Assembly: GCF_018350175.1 (NCBI RefSeq)
Contig: NC_058383.1
Span: forward strand, 15,254,001-15,318,000
DNA: 64,000 nucleotides
Source: Felis catus
Taxonomy: Eukaryota
Reading direction: 5' to 3'
A model generated the notes under the pieces. It worked only from the letters and a program-made list of their open reading frames with translations, did no database searches and was not told the DNA's origin. The translations under genes and the position numbers were made by a program. Shown piece by piece: positions 62,981 to 64,000 of this stretch. How positions within the stretch are numbered: the stretch's first letter is position 1; each line of letters begins with the position of its first letter.

Positions 62981-64000
62981 TCAAAAGCCGGCAGCAGGCC
63001 GCGCCAGGATCTACCCCATCGTCTTGCTGCTCTACCAATGTTGAGAATCAAGGTTGATCTTAATAGCAAAGAAGTTCACGCTAACAAAAGCATCAAACTG
63101 TCCAACTTATAACCTCTTCCACCTTGAACGTGTGCTGCAGCCCTGGACCACGTGAAGAATACTCTGCCAGGTGCAAGATGGCCAGGGTCCCCATTTGCCT
63201 ACTCTCATGGCTTTTGATTACGGCTAAGGACAACTGTATGCAAGCATCTGACCCTATCCTTACCAGATTTTCTTGATCACTTTCCACTGATATTCTGTGG
63301 CTAGAGATGAGACCTTTGTTTAGAAGGTCTACCAAAGTGTTCCGTTGGATGAATACAGGATGATCTGCCAGCAGTACCCACAGATTCTCAGAAATCACTG
63401 GATGTCCCTGATTGGCCAGGAGGGCTACCCAGCTTAGTACCCCAAATTCCCTGTTCGGCATCATACAGATGCCTTGGCTAAACACTACACTTCCTAGCAT
63501 TCATACAAAGCAGGGAGCCACAGCTGGTCTAAGGCAGCCCAACCTAGGAGGCCCGCAGAATCCAGGATAAATTGATATAGAAGGGTACTGACAAGTAATA
63601 GTGATATCCTGGCCTAGAGGGTCACAAAGGATTTTGTCACCCTCCGGGGTTTAGAAGTGGCTACACATGCTCTGGAAATCAAGGCTCAAGAAAGCCAAGG
63701 CTCCACAGCACAGAGGCCACCCCAGCTGGGAAGGAACGCTACTCCTGTCTGTGCAGTGCCGTGTCGGCAAAGCAGGCCCTCGGCCACAGTGGGGTAGCTG
63801 CCCAGAGGCTTTCTCAAAAGCCACTTCATCTATTTAACCAGAACACAAGGCTGATTCCAGATCAGCGGCCATCTCCCAAGTTTCTCAGTCTAAAAGTATT
63901 TCTCAGTGCTCTGAGATGAAGAAGAGGGGCAGGGAGCAAGAGCATGGGACTTTCTGTGCTGCTGAGATAAGGTTGTTTTCAACAGTGGCTGTGAGTACTT

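Larger units (their letters stand above)
1..64000 (-). other. TYW1: Internal portion of the TYW1 transcription unit (two exons plus large introns); the flanking exons are not seen in the window
   Basis: Two consecutive TYW1 exons are present. Neither the preceding exon (…DSLKALAVK) nor the terminal exon (FKIGGEWWTWIDY…) was found, so both window ends are inferred to be intronic. Confidence 0.8.

Noticed and set aside
63093..63500. 135-aa minus-strand ORF in the same orientation as TYW1
   Set aside because: No similarity to TYW1 or to any family I recognise, and no convincing exon structure. A BLASTX search would be needed to exclude it fully.

Overview
Mammalian genomic DNA, almost certainly from a felid (about 40 tRNA-derived Can-SINE copies with the SINEC_Fc-type head 'ggggcgcctgggtggc(t/g)cagtcggttaagcgtccgactt' and CT/A tails). 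The window lies inside the TYW1 gene (radical-SAM wybutosine synthesis enzyme) on the minus strand. Only two coding exons are visible: 26573-26683 (111 bp) and 17131-17298 (168 bp). Both are phase 0 with canonical AG/GT sites and join into continuous C-terminal TYW1 sequence. The rest is intronic and dominated by retroelements: decayed L1 pieces (mostly antisense to the gene), Can-SINEs, MIR, L2, an MLT1 LTR carrying a nested MER21-like LTR, Tigger2-type and MER58A MITEs, and microsatellites. Apart from the two TYW1 exons and a few decayed L1 ORF fragments, the ORF track is spurious. I found no new protein-coding system. The most interesting structures are: a 3'-truncated U6 retrocopy inside a SINE; two independent antisense SINE-in-SINE insertions at the same host position; a strong cryptic acceptor 71 nt behind a TYW1 exon; a single-TSD L1 3'UTR chimera; a 20-bp fold-back hairpin at an L2/L1 junction; and templated micro-duplication scars. 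Repeat family names are recalled from consensus sequences and were not searched; boundaries of old repeats are approximate.
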